From: Polymyxa betae A26-41
Taxonomy: Eukaryota > Protista > Endomyxa: Phytomyxea
Direction: 5' to 3'
Assembly: GCA_003693705.1 (NCBI GenBank)
Contig: RBZT01000261.1
Coordinates: forward strand, 1-64,000
DNA length: 64,000 bases
In this document: positions 51,008-64,000 of the stretch, piece by piece
Layout: each line of letters opens with the position of its first letter
Numbering within the stretch: the first letter of the stretch is position 1
The notes under the pieces: generated by a model
What the model saw: only the letters and a program-made list of their open reading frames with translations
The model's database searches: none
Told to the model about the DNA's origin: nothing
Position numbers and translations under genes: made by a program

Positions 51008-53743
51008 TCAATTCATTTCAGCATCAGCAACGATGATATTGGTGTTGTGATCGTGGAATGGGTTGGTTTCGATGGCGATGCCCAGCATTTTTAGCTCTAT
51101 CTTCCTGCATTTTTTCTCCCATTGTCTCCGTTCCCTTGAAACTGCTACCTCGGCCTTATCCAGCTCCAGTTCTAAACGCGTCAACTGTTTCCTGAGGTTC
51201 TGTTCCTCTTCATTTGCCTGCTGTAGATGTATTTCTTTCTCGATCACATTCTGTTCCAGAATTGCAATTGTTGAACGTAGCTCTGAAGATTGACTGTTGT
51301 TGGATTCGAACTGATGCTTTAGTCCTTTGACGTGTTCGCGAAGCCGATTTGCCTCTGATTCGAAAGTTCTCGCTTTGCTTTGCGAAACAGCTGTTTCGTC
51401 TCGAAGGTCTCGAATCGTTTTTTGGAGCTGATTTACGCTTGAATTGTGCGATCTTTGTATCTGCTCTATTTTGTCGTCGTAATCTCGTTGTATTCGAACA
51501 TTTTTGGATTCGATTTTATCTCTCATATCATTTAAGTCCTGAATCCGATCATGCAAAGCGGCAATTTCCTTGTCCTTCGAGGTTTTCAAAACTTCATTTT
51601 GTTGCTGGAGTTGTGCTTGTGCTGCGCTATATTTTGCGATTTCGTTTAGAAGATCTTGCTTTGCTTTCTTCAACTCATTTTCGGCATTATTTAGTTTTTC
51701 TGTCAAAGATTTGCATTCTGAACGCCGCTCTCGTAATGATTCTGCTATCTGCGAAAGCTTGTCTTCGCAAATATCTCTTTCTTCTTCATATTGTTGTGTT
51801 TTCAACTAAAACATTTCATTAATCTCTGCGATCATTTCTGGTTGCTACAAGACCTTTAGCTCGTTTTCTAACTGACCATCCTTCTTCATCATCGTTTCTA
51901 GGCGGCTTTCTAAACGAACAATCTGAGCGCGGGCTTCGTTGAGAGTATCTCCAATCTCGTTTTGTACCCGAATTGAAGTCTCCTGCATATGCTGAAAACT
52001 ACATTGGAGAATTTCTTGTAAGTCGACAATATTATGATTCAGGATCATACTTTTTCATGGCAGACTGAGCGCGTCGATCGGCAATATCTCTGCTGTTTTC
52101 AAGCTCAGCGCATTTCGTTTGCAGTTGCTTGATATCTTCGAAAAGTTGTGACTCTTTGGCATTAGCTGTCGCAATAGCTTTTGATAGAGCGCTGGAGCTG
52201 CTTGAACGCAAAGACTGCAGAGCATCAGACAGCTGCTCGCACTCTGATTTTCTCTGATCGCAATTCAATTCATAAAATGAATGCATGATAGAATATCAAT
52301 TACCTGCTTCTCAGCATGTTCCGCTCGTTGTACAGCCTCGTCGCGTTTGAGTGTGGCATCAAGAAAAGAGCATTTCAATTCGCCCAATTCTGACATGAGT
52401 TTCAGATTTGAAGTATTGAGATCTTCAATGCTCTTTTCTAAATTCTTTATTGTACAGAGCATTCCTGTTTTCTGTTGATTGCTTGAATTTAGCAGATTCT
52501 ATAAGTCTCTTACCTTGTAGATCTGAGTCCTTTGAACCGATTATCTGCGTCTGCTGTCTGTTTTGTTCTAGAGAATCTTGAAGTAATTGATTTAGATGTC
52601 TCGCTTCTCCAGACGATTGCGTGTATTGAGTGTGCAATGTTGTCAGCTCACTTTTCAGCTCGTGGATGCATTTCTCACTTTCGACTTCGTGCTCTTTCAA
52701 CAGTTGCTTAAATTGCTCTGCATCCTTTGAACGACCCTGAAGCTCGACTTGAAGCTGCAGACTATCTTCTTGGGCTGATTTCATATGCCTTATAGCGTCC
52801 TCAGTCTGCTTTCTGTTAAAGGAAAGCTCCTTCTGCAGAGCCTCAATCTGGATCTCCATATCACTCATCTGCGAAACTTTCATTTCATAGTTATTGATAT
52901 CATTCCTATTTTGAGTTACTATCCGCAGCTACGAAAGAAGCAGCCAATTACCTCAGAGAAATTATAATGGTGTCTCGTTCTTCGAGAAGAGTTCTAGTGC
53001 CATCCAGTTCTCGACGAGACTCTAATTCTTGTGTCCGTAACAGATGGTTTTCATCTCCCAACAGGGAACATCGTTGGTTAAGTTCATGAAGCTCGCTACT
53101 ATCCATGATACCGCCTGAGTGCCCTCCGTCATCAAACCGCTGAACCAATTTTACAATATGTTCTTCCTAGAATGAACTTTAGATGCACAATAATCTCAAC
53201 CATGAGACCTCTGTTACAAGCTCTGATTCTAGCTCTTCATTGCGAGCAACGAGCCGATTGAGGTCCGATTTCAAATTTTGCAGATCACGGCGAAGCTCGG
53301 CATTGGCGGTGTTAGCTTGAGCTAATTGAGAATCATATGTGACCAATAAAGGAGATCTACGAGAATTTCAAAGAAACTCGATTTGTAATTAGAAGCTGGT
53401 ACATGTATTGTTGATTGACAGTCCAAGGCGCCAGGTCATCGTTGTCATTGTCGATTGCCACCAGAACGTCAGGAAGTTTCATTTGATAGGCTTTCAATTC
53501 GGCTTCCAATCGAGCAGCTAAACATCGCCTCCCGCAACATTCATATGCAATCCATTACGGTTGTGAAAGCTTACAATATGTTTTCAAAAAGTCCCTTTGA
53601 GATTCAGCCAGGTGCAGTTGGCGCAGTGTAGCATCGCGGTCGGCGAAGGCCAGTGATTGCTGCTGCACCTGAGCGGCCTGAGTTGGCTGGACGAGATCAG
53701 CATCAGGAGGATATGATTGTCGTAATGATTGGGCTCCAATCAT
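51008..53743 (-). CDS. CEP89: Coiled-coil centriolar protein, CEP89/CCDC123-like
   Basis: SPLLVTYDSQL...LVARNEELESEL and LLGDENHLLRTQ resemble CEP89 conserved blocks as I recall them; remainder coiled coil. Confidence 0.6.
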
Positions 53744-53966
53744 CACTTTTTAATCAAATCACAATAAGATTACGATACCAATGATTTGTACAACTCAACT
53801 GACAAGTGACGTTACATCACAGTCAAGTCATAGCATAACCCCATGAGGCCATGACCCATATGACTGGGACATTTCGCTTGAAAGCAACCTGCCGTTCCAA
53901 AACCATGCAATCTTGGTCAGTGGACGTAGGTAGGGATCTCGATGAATGGAAACAAAAGTTTTATTC

Positions 53967-55689
53967 TTATACTAAGAGCTCGCTGCTATTGTCAACTAGG
54001 ATTTGATACCCATTAAGAGCACAGTGGTCAATAATGGCTGGTTCTGGTACGCTTGGCATGTGGCTCTCAGGCGACATGATTCGGGAGATGCCGAGCCCAA
54101 CAACGGCCACAGCATATAATGTCGAGATTAGCATGTGCAGCGTAACTAGAACACGAGCACTGCTACTGATCGCCCAAACGTCTCCATAGCCGGTTGTGCT
54201 CTGGACTACTGTGCTGAAGAATAACAGCGTCCATGCTCGACGTTCCAGGCCATATTTTACTCCTGGAGTTCCATCTAATGATGAAATTCGGAATGCTGCT
54301 GGACCTTGAACCAACGATAGCAGCAGGTAGAAATGGGCGAATATCATAACAGTCGCGATCACCGATTGAAGCAAGAAAGAGAAATCGATATAGTTGACGT
54401 TGATTTTGTGGACGACTCGAACTGACATCGATATTACAACAATTGCCTATGAAAGCACAGTTGGTGATAAATCTGCAACATTTCGACTGACAGTCTTACC
54501 TGAATGAGTCCGATGAACGCCAGGGCGTAGAGCGTTGTCCTAGATGTCGGAGATGTGAGGTTCGTTTCGTCACCAATGACTAGTTTGATGATAATTAAAG
54601 ATGTCATTGAAGTCGTTATCACAAAAACTGCAAGATATCGAATCAAGAACTTCCGACATCTCTCCAGGCCTAATTATAAACACTAAACTGAAGTTCTGCC
54701 AATGACTTTAAATGCGACCTGGAATACGTTCCCTCATTTGCTTGAGCAGGCGCTGAAACAGATTTCGGTTCATGCGTGCATGTTCCCTTCTTAGCTGAAC
54801 TTCTTCAAGATCGAACGCTTTCTGAAAGTGAGAGCACAATATAGCAAATATGCCAATATTATACATTGTTCCAAGACACATTTGCAATGCAGCCAACGTT
54901 TGTCCAGGCCATTCCAAAGCGTACACATCACCGAATCCTTGATTAATCATGTTGATAAGCAGACACAATGTGACAAGCGCGGAAAAACCGACCTGTACTT
55001 GAGATGGTGGCCACCGAGTAGTAAACCAAACTAATAATGGATTGCCCGAGTGTTATCGGATTGATATCAATGTGATAGCTACTCGGATGGATGGTAAATG
55101 CTAACAAATGGAATCCAGAAAATGCGATGATCACTGCAATATACGTCTGTCCAATTCGCTTCATAGAGGGAATACCATGCAATATCATGTGGAATGTATG
55201 CTTTAGAAATGCAGCTAGGACCATGGCTTGCAGCACCTGAGGTTTATCAGCAAGTTTAGTAAAACCCATATTGTGTCGTACCTGGCAAACTGCCAAGCTA
55301 ATCAGAGTCCTGTGATCAGGCTGCTGTGGAATAGCATTTGATCCATTCCAAACAATTATGATCGCGATTGCTTGTAAGACCAAACTTGTTTCGACACAAT
55401 AAATAAATAAAATTCTGTAAAAATTCCATAATGGCCCTGTACGCTCAGATTCAGCAGAAATCGGGCTATCGGATTATATGCATACCGTGCATATGAGTCT
55501 GAATATCAGGACTATCGTTCCTTCGAATAGTAAGGAGTGTATCCCCTGAAGATGACACTTTCAATGATTCGCAGCCAGAACTAGATGTGATATAAACCGA
55601 CTGGGATTTGGGCAATGCTTATGATAGTCCTTCTCGAAACTCCATGCCTGGTACAGCTGATTAATGAGATTCGATCTATCCTGGATCAT
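53967..55689 (-). CDS. Tandem-pore potassium channel-like protein
   Basis: Two K+ pore loops, YYSVATISSTGFGDV (spliced) and FFSTVVQSTTGYGDV; ~8 hydrophobic segments; start codon uncertain. Confidence 0.85.
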
Positions 55690-55699
55690 AGTAGCGCGA

Positions 55700-56432
55700 A
55701 TGTCCTCTGTGTTGCATGCAGTCGAATATGTTGGGCAGCGATCTTCATGGGACTGTGCTATCGCCTGCAGTGCCATGGTCTGCAGGTCATACGATAGCGA
55801 ACGACCTCTCAGCTGCTGACGACTGATCTGGTCATAGGGCGCTGGCGCTGACCTGGTCCTATACCGACCTGGTTCTGCAATGCCAGACGACGACAGTGTG
55901 GACAATAGATATTCTGCTAGCTCTATATAGATCCGGTGTGAAAGCTATTATGTATACTATACATGTGGGAGCTGATAGACGGCATGAGGCCAAGCCATAT
56001 TATCAGGCGTCTTTCAGGCAGGATTCCCAAAGAGTTGGGCAGCTTTTCCTGGATGCTCGTCGCCTTGGGATTTCGATCACCGCTCATGCATTGACTTCAT
56101 CGGAATTGGTCACTTTGATTACCGAGAAGTCAGCCGTTGTTATTCTGCTGATCGACCAAAAGGTTCTTCATCAGGAACGCAATTCGCAGCCTGGCGGCCC
56201 GAATTCGTTCGTAGGACACTATATCTTATTGATTGGATTCCAGCAAGATTCGTCAGGAAACGAAATTTTTTGCTATTTAGATCCAGCAGCCCCTCCAGCT
56301 CCGTTTTCGTATAGTACGATAACGGTCCACGAGTTGGATCTAGCGCGGATGTCGCCTGGGACGGATCAGGACGCAATCGTCATAGACATCACACAGAAAG
56401 CCAAGATGTATTCATATTACGGCATTGAATGA
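55700..56432 (+). CDS. GUCD1: GUCD1-like protein (C39-peptidase-like fold)
   Basis: QRSSWDCAIACSAMV, VWTIDILLAL, FVGHYILLIGF, YLDPA, ARMSPGTDQD. Confidence 0.9.
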
Positions 56433-56543
56433 TTAATAAATAAGTAAAGAGATAAACTCTCGTAGTTTTGAATTCTTGGCTCAACTCGAAGAAGAAAATG
56501 CAAAGGCATCTATGACGGGCCAGGACTCCAACACCTGTTTGCA

Positions 56544-57774
56544 ATGGTTCCTGAATACGGCTCGAAATACAAGGTCATTGAAGAGATCGGCGAAGGCACA
56601 TTTGGGCACGTTTATCGGGCTGTGAGAATTAAAGACAACGTGGTTGTCGTCCTAAAGAAGATCCTAATCCGCCGGCCCGAACATGGACTGCCTAAAGCTG
56701 TCCTGCGAGAAATCCACGCCTATCATCAGGTCCAGCACAACCATGTCCTTAACCTACTAGAAACGTACGCAAGACCTTCATCGGTTGTGCTGGTTCTCGA
56801 ATCAATGCATAGCGACCTGCACCAATTCCTTAGAAAACTGACACGTCCGCTGACCGAAGGCGAAATCAAGGTCTGATTGTCTAAACGAGTTTGTTGAATA
56901 TCATGTGCTTAACTGCTGCTTAGTGCATCATGAGAATGCTGTTATCGGGGCTAGCAGCTGTTCATAAGTCCCACATTATACATCGAGTAATAACAATACC
57001 GAGCTGCTTTTTACCATCTCATGTTTTCGTCCTTTTTCGACGATTCTCGTCAGCTCATGAAGAAACAATGGTTTCAAGCTTGTTTTAACACAAAATTTAC
57101 AGGATATTAAGCCGTCCAACATCCTGTTCGACGATGTTGGCCGGGTCAAGATTGGCGATATGGGCCTGGCTCGGATTCACATCGGCGATGGCCGTTCGTA
57201 CTCACACCAGGTTGCGACCCGATTCTATCGGGCGCCCGAACTCCTCTATGGCAGTCGTCAGTACGATTACGGCGTCGATCTATGGGCCGTCGGTTGCGTG
57301 TTCGGTGAGATGCTGGGCCATGGGCCTGTATTCCAGGGCCAGACCGATATCGACCAGCTGTATCAGGTGGTCCGCGTTCTGGGAACGCCATCATGTGAAA
57401 ATTGGCCGGTAGGAAGACATCGATGACAGGTTTGAGAAACTCTGACGTTGCTAATTAGGGTGTCGAGCAGCTGCCTGACTATGATAAAATTCGATTCTCG
57501 CTGGTGCCTCCTACGCCGTTTCGCCAGCTGTTGCCAGATGCTTCTGAACTGGCTTTGGATTTACTGCAGCAATTCCTCGTATATGACTCAACAAAGCGGA
57601 TGCCTGCAGCAGAGGTGATTCGAAGCTGGCACTTTATAGACGAAACGTATTTAATTGGAAGGACAGGCGTTGGAGCATGACTATTTCTTCTCTGAGCCTT
57701 ATCCAGCAAGACATGAGTATCTATTGCATCTGACAAGGCATTGGAATGATTCATTGCCGTCACCGGAACGGTAG
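56544..57774 (+). CDS. CDK20: Cyclin-dependent kinase 20 / CCRK (LF2-like)
   Basis: IGEGTFG, GLPKAVLREI, HRDIKPSN, YSHQVATRFYRAPELLYGSRQYDYGVDLWAVGC, LPDYDKIRF. Confidence 0.88.
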
Positions 57775-58355
57775 AAATCATCTCGCTGCCAGCTTGGCAT
57801 TCTGATACCATTGCAATGACAATTCAGTCTTATTGAGGACTTTTAAAGCAAGATTATGGCCTGCCAGCTGGACACCGATTTGAACGTCTTCCTCGCGCCA
57901 ATCAGTACACAACCTACTTATCATCTATCTCATACCGACAACAATTTGGTCATATGCATCACTTGTTTCATAAAAAGTTCATGCTAAACTTGGAGTCAAT
58001 GAATTGCTGGCGACATCTCAAACATACAGCGGTCCTGCTGGACAATATTCACACTAAGTGGGCGATGAATTGGAAGCATGAAACATGACAAGACGAAGGC
58101 TCAATCCATGACATGTTGACAACTCAGCATTTCAGGCATGGTGAGATCTATTCAATGCTTAATAAAGCCGGGTCTGTCCAAACTTCTGAAACAGCTGGGT
58201 CTGACCAATCCTTTATGAGAGTATCTGTCTAATCCTTTAATAAGAGCCATGGGGCCATGATGGGGCGATATGGGGGCAGGGGTCATCGTCGACTGCGTGT
58301 GCAGCAACCCGTTTGTCATGTTACATCGTCTGTGAGTTCAAATCAGCATTAGGCG

Positions 58356-60174
58356 ATGTATGATCTAGAACGGGTCATTTCGACTAGTCAGGCGTTCGGT
58401 TGTCGCCATGCTGCACTCTTCTTCGCCGACAAGCTCGCATGCGCTCATCCTGACCAGCCCAACCATGCATATCTGCTAGCATCGGTGATGTTTCAACAGC
58501 GCGATTTTCGACGGGCCTATGACGTTCTCGTGAAATTTCAGCATTCGATGCCGTTAAAATTCAGACTCCTGGCAACACAGTGTCTGGTACCGGGAGCTGT
58601 TTATACCAACTTTTAGGTCTTTTATATCATACGGTAGGTAGAACTGAAAGATTGGGATGCTGCCCTAAACTTGATTGGTGACGATGATGAGTCGATAAGG
58701 GAATCCTCTCCACAACCTCATGACATGCTTGAGAACGAACTCAATGTAGGATCTTGCATGCATTTAGAGAGTGACCTAAACCTTTGTTGAAGCCCTTATC
58801 GGCAGTTTGCTATTGTCGTGGAATAATTTTCGAAGCTCTTGAGAATAGACGCAGAGCTGTGCATTGGTTCAAGCAGGCCTTGCTTCATGATGTAAGATGC
58901 TATGATGCTTTTAGGTATTCTAATGGTGCATCGGTTTGCCTCTTTAACAGCATTGATCAGGAAATTGATTTACGAGAGAATGCTTCCTGTCAAAGAAGAG
59001 CGCATCTTTGTAGAGGGACTAGAATTTCCAAAGGAATTCGGCTGGCTGAGAAGCATCTATTTATGTGAGATGAATCAGGTTGTATGTATGCTCATGTTTG
59101 TTTATATCTTACATTCGTTTTCAGTTTGACCACACCAATGAAACACTATCTTTTGATATTTCAGCTTTATCGAGATTCAATCTTCATGAAAATAATGACG
59201 TCGTTGTATGCCTTGCCCAGCAAGCATACAATCGAGATCGGTTAAAGACCGCATATGATATTTGCCAGAGTAACTACCTGAAGGGTTTTTATTGAATGGC
59301 TAAGCATAAAGTAGACATCCTGGAGAATGACGCATTTCATAAGAAAACCCTACCAATTTTTACTGGTTGTCTTGTTCATCTTCGAAGGAAGAGCGAGCTG
59401 TTCTATCTAGCACATCAGCTTGTAGATACATATCCAAGCCAAGCCATATCTTGGTATGCTGTCGGCTGTTATTATTTTCTCATCCAGAAATACGAACGTA
59501 ACCCAATTTCAGATTGCATGGCAAACCTAATATTTCCTATAGTTGCTCGGCGCTACTTGTCAAAATCATATAGAGCAGATGCAACATTCGCCTCTGCATG
59601 GATCGCTTATGGGCACTCATTTGCTGCCCAAAACGAATCTGATCAAGCAATGGGTGCCTATCGAACCGCAGAGCGGCTACTCTCTGGATCACATATACCG
59701 ATTCTATATCTGGGCCTAGAACATTTGAAGACGAATAATTTCAAGAGCGCACATTCGTTTATTGTCCAGAGCTTGACAATATGCCCTACTGATCCATACG
59801 TTTATAACGAACTTGGTGTCGTTCATTATGTAAACGGTGAGTATGTTGACGCCATTCATTGCTTCGAGAAGGTCATTGAATTGATTGCACCGGATGCCCT
59901 TGTTGAATGGGAGGCAGCGTTCTTCAATATTGGTCATTGCCATCGTAAAATTGGCGAGTACGAAAAGGCACTTGAATACTACGATACAGCAAAGTCGTTG
60001 AATCCGGGGTCGCCATCCATCCATTCCGCGATTGGATTCACATACCATCTGCAGCGCAACCAGCATGCAGCGATCGATAATTACCACAAGGCACTATCTA
60101 TTAAACCCGGCGACATGCTAACCAGCGATTTGTTATGTCGAGCACTATCAGAGTTGTTTTCAAATCAGCAATGA
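58356..60174 (+). CDS. CDC16: Anaphase-promoting complex subunit 6
   Basis: AALFFADK, ELFYLAHQLVDTYP, SWYAVGCYY, AWIAYGHSFAAQNESDQAMGAYRTA, TPR repeats. Confidence 0.95.
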
Positions 60175-60368
60175 TTGCATAAATGTAACAAGAACCTAAA
60201 ATCTCCAGCGTAAAATCAATGTATATGTACCGATTTCGAAGGCAGACTTTTCATTCTATCAAGTTTGGAGCCTGTAGGTCATTCTCACTTTATCATCAAG
60301 ATATGGCAGGAAGCAACAGGTATTCTTTGCCGTTTTACCTACTACATCTAGTTTCTAAAGTGTTTTTA

Positions 60369-61415
60369 TTACGAATTGGACATTGACTTAGTTAACTTCG
60401 AGACATTATTGTCAACAAGATCATCAATTTTTTGAATCAATTTACTGCCGACTTGTTTGGCATACTGATAACAGTTAGAGAAGCACCGGTGTTAAAAAGT
60501 TAGTACTTACCGCAAGCGAATCAACGAGATCTGAAGGAGTTAAACTTCCCGTCCCTAAATGTGGTTAGAATTGATATCAACTTGTTGCTCTACTAATTGT
60601 TTACCAAGTTTAACGATGCCGCAAATATCGCCTTGAACATTGACAGCGACTGCCACCTGAGCAGACATACAAAGTTCTTCTTGTACTGTAGCATCGGCTA
60701 CGAAACATCTGCCGATCTGCCGAAATTCAAAAGTGGAGCTTGTATCAAAGCAGAAAATGACCTTCGACAAGCAGGTACAGATTGGAGCAGAATCAGTGAG
60801 CAGTCTTGTGGAGTCCAGAGGATCCGGTGACACTTCAAAATCGATATCATCGGTCTCATCTTGGGCACCGATCAAATGAATAGTTGGCACCTGATGAAAA
60901 TCAGCATTCTCGAAAACCAAACGAAATTACTGCACCTGCGCTGTCTTTAACGATGCTCGCACACCGATAGAGATTGCATCTAGAGCGCTACCGTCCGTAT
61001 CAAGCACTTCGCAATCGATATAGACCGTCCAACAAAGACGTCCTGGTACAATACACAGTGACTCCAGGCTGATACTTTGATTGTAAAAACGCTGAATTGC
61101 GCCGGTGAGCTCAGTGTTAGGATCCAGGGCGCCATGGCCACGGAATCGATCCGAAGCAATTGCTGAGCATTCAACGCTGCAGATGATGCTACCCTGGTTG
61201 GGAGTATCATGACCAGGTTGATTGACCTCAAGTTTGACGCCGACGACGACATGCGTCTGATCTAAAAAGACCCGAGCTGAGCCATGAGCGGACGGAACGA
61301 CCTCTGTTTCGAGTTGAAGCGGTCTATAATCCAGTCGTGATCTGCCATCCGCTCTGCAATCGCCTTCTACGCCGCTAACGAGGAATTCTTTCTCTGACCT
61401 CGATAACGCGAACAT
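60369..61415 (-). CDS. EXOSC7: Exosome complex RNase PH-like subunit RRP42
   Basis: LSRSEKEFLVSGVEGDCRADGRSRLDYRP, GSARV, LCIVPGRLCWTVYID, VADATVQEE. Confidence 0.92.
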
Positions 61416-61473
61416 TTCCCAGAAATCGATTTTGGATGGCAAATGTCTGCGCAGCGCAAATTGTACATTTTTT

Positions 61474-62840
61474 CTATCTCTTTATTCGAAACTCGGCTAG
61501 ATCAGATTCTGTTACAAAAAATGTGATCTCTCCCTTGGACCAATCATCTGCTCGTTTGTAGTTGTTGACGACGTCTAAATCAAGTTCCCATACAACCAAA
61601 TCGAAAAATTCATTGGATTTTCCGCCATCAATGATCTCATTGAGAACTTGCCTGGAGTTTCGATCGGCATGTGGTGCATTGCTTTTGCTTAAGGCAAACT
61701 GAAATGAGAGCTGCCATTGCATTTCGGTGGTCGGTGTTCGAAAATTGGCACACGCATCAGGCCCATACGGTAGTAATAAGGAGAAATCGTCCGATCTGAG
61801 ATCTGCACATACTAATCTGTCTTCATGCCAGACCAGTCTTTCTTGGCGAATACATGCACCATTCTCGATTTCGTTTTCGCACGATACCAATTGAACTTGG
61901 ACGAAAACGCAGTCTGATGCGCCTTTTTCAAATGTAAGTTTACCTCGAATAACATCGGCCACTTTAAATTGCTTTTGGGTTAATAGGAGGACAACGAACG
62001 GCTGATCATTGAAATCTATTCGAAATTCTTCGGGCGACATAAGCAAGACGTTGTCCACAACGTCATCGGTGTCGTCGTAATATGGATCGTCTACATGCCA
62101 GTCTTTGTCTGGCTGTTTCAATCCAAGACGATCGATCATGGCGCGTAGCTTCCCTTCAAGCTCAGCTAACCTGCCTTCCATCATGCTATCTGATTCCGAT
62201 GGCGGTGGTGGAATATATACAGGGACCTCCGCTTGCTCCGGCTCTGCATCAAACACAGTCATGTCTGGCTAATCAAAGCTCAATAAATAACAAGCAGAAA
62301 ATAAATCCCTTACGATCCGCATCCAATCCGCAGAATAAGGAGACGATGGAATATCCAGATCGAAAACGCCAGGCGATGTACGAACGGTAATGGGGATTCG
62401 GAATCGCCGAAACCTTGCCTTTTCTTCACGTTCAATCCTGATCTCGGCAAAATAAGCGCATCGTAGCATTTTGCCTCGATGAAAAGAAGGTAACAAATTA
62501 GCGCTCGGAAGTCGTGATTCCCAATTAAACGAGCAATTTATAATAGTGCTGACAGGACTGGCCTGTAGTATAATCTATGATGAGATTGTAAATAACAATG
62601 ATGATGGACAAAACAACAACAACTAACAACTCTCTCTTCTTGTTTGATGAGGGCGGTTCCCACAAGGCGAACCGAAATGCAGAGATCTGGCAGAGGTGTA
62701 TTGGGTCGGGCTTGGATCATCCTTTGCAGTGGCGACAGGTCGAGCTCGTCGCGTGTTGGCGCATGTGAAAGCTGGACCCTGCCGGTGATGAGCTGTCCAG
62801 GCTGGACAATGGATGGTGAGATGGACAGCGTGATTTCCAT
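61474..62840 (-). CDS. RGP1: RGP1 (Ric1-Rgp1 Rab6 GEF subunit)
   Basis: LPSFHRGKMLRCAY...RIPITV; KQFKVADVIRGKLTF; FSLLLP...NFRTPTTEMQWQLSFQF. Confidence 0.75.
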
Positions 62841-63061
62841 CTGAGCCCCTCTGTCTCTCTCTTAACCTGTCTCACTATTTGATAGACCCCCACAGCCCAC
62901 GATCTCAGTTTCGCCGCTTTTATACGCTCACGTTCATCACAGACGCAAAACTGTTTTGTTACAACCTATTAGCACTCCTACGTGAGTTACTGGTGTATGT
63001 ATGTATGTACCTGACACTGTTTTTATTTGATAGGTTCATATCGTGACTAATTTACGCGAGT

Positions 63062-63915
63062 TCAGTAAGTCTGCCGCGTAAGAATTTCTAAGGTGATCTC
63101 ATCTGTCCATCGCTTCACTTCTTTGACAGAGGAAGCCGAAAGCCATGTCCTATTCTTGCCGGAATTCACGACACAAAACGTGTTCAACATACCATCCATT
63201 TTGCCATCTTCAGTCGTCTTAATTGATGCATTCATTAAAGGAATGGCGCCTTGGCAGTGCTTGTTCATTGCCATTGCAAACATCTTTCCTGAATGCAGAG
63301 CGATCCGTTGAAATGCTCGACAGCATAGCTCATCTTCAAAAGTATATATGCAGTTTTTCCCGACCTGAACTGAAATAAGCAAATGCGCAGTTAGTATGGA
63401 GAAAAGAGACCAACAGCGAAGTAATGTCGACTCCATTTAAACTTGTTCTTCTTGTACAGAAAGCCTTGTTTAGAAAATGGAAATTCGGGTAGAGGGGTAA
63501 TCATTGCTCTTATAGCCTCTATCCACTGACTTTTACCGTCAACAGAGCTCGCTTGGCAAACATATGTCCTTTGTAGAGTGACAATATCGAACACGGTTCC
63601 TGCATTCTCGCTATTCCCGGAACCTGTGGAATCGCCGACAGCCAGGGCGTCTGATAGATCTATCATCCCCAACATTGAGCGCTTGATTTCGGTTTTCGAT
63701 GTCTCGGGACCGATCTCTTGCGAAAAATAGCACAGATACCGGTCATTACGAAGTATGAAATACCTTACTAGCAATCAGTATCGACAGGAAATCCTATTTC
63801 TAACAGCAGACCTTCTTTTCCATGTTGAAACGAAACCGCCTCTTTTATTAAGCCATCCAGAGCAGAGGACATAAACCATAGACGACGACTCCTTGGCCAG
63901 AGCCTGATTTGTCAT
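63062..63915 (-). CDS. Tandem PH-domain protein
   Basis: GWLNKRGGFVSTWKRRYFIL...RTYVCQASS...WIEAIR and KQGFLYKKNKFKWSRHYF...WLSASS..EVKRW. Confidence 0.88.
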
Positions 63916-64000
63916 CGTGGCGAAATCGACAGCTTCAGCAGCGATGGTAGTCTAATTGAGCGACGCGGCCCGACACTATTCGTTGTCCACATTACAGGCC

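Noticed and set aside
1-64000. Transposons, rRNA or tRNA genes
   Set aside because: No transposase/RT/integrase motifs, terminal repeats or structural RNA signatures noticed

Overview
Gene-dense eukaryotic genomic DNA with many very short (~45-60 nt) GT-AG introns, short intergenic gaps and the standard genetic code. The ciliary genes point to a compact-genome flagellated microbial eukaryote; a plasmodiophorid-like protist is my guess from the architecture only. About 25 protein genes can be assembled by splicing the ORF fragments by eye: NDH-2 plus a pseudogene copy, a double Zn2Cys6/PAS-like factor, an ELO elongase, gamma-SNAP, MRPL47, a CatSper3-like channel, a double-Myb protein, a PAP2 phosphatase, a PPR protein, TRIP4/Rqt4, an NT-C2 coiled-coil protein, DDX24/MAK5, AHI1, uL10m-like, CEP89-like, a tandem-pore K+ channel, GUCD1, CDK20, CDC16, RRP42, RGP1 and a tandem-PH protein. 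The dominant feature is one ~18.5 kb minus-strand gene (15304-33863) for a giant polycystin-1-like receptor: CUB, 10 LamG/ConA-like repeats, polybasic Thr-rich stalks, a second CUB, REJ, GAIN with an EGF insert, GPS and ~5 TM helices, with no channel domain. Other highlights are a CatSper3-like pore lacking the filter Asp, an 8TM/2P K+ channel, a 4-nt microexon, a compositionally anomalous island rich in CGTACTGG around a poly-G/purine tract, and recurrent upstream motifs. All calls come from manual reading and recalled family motifs; no searches were run and exon boundaries are approximate.
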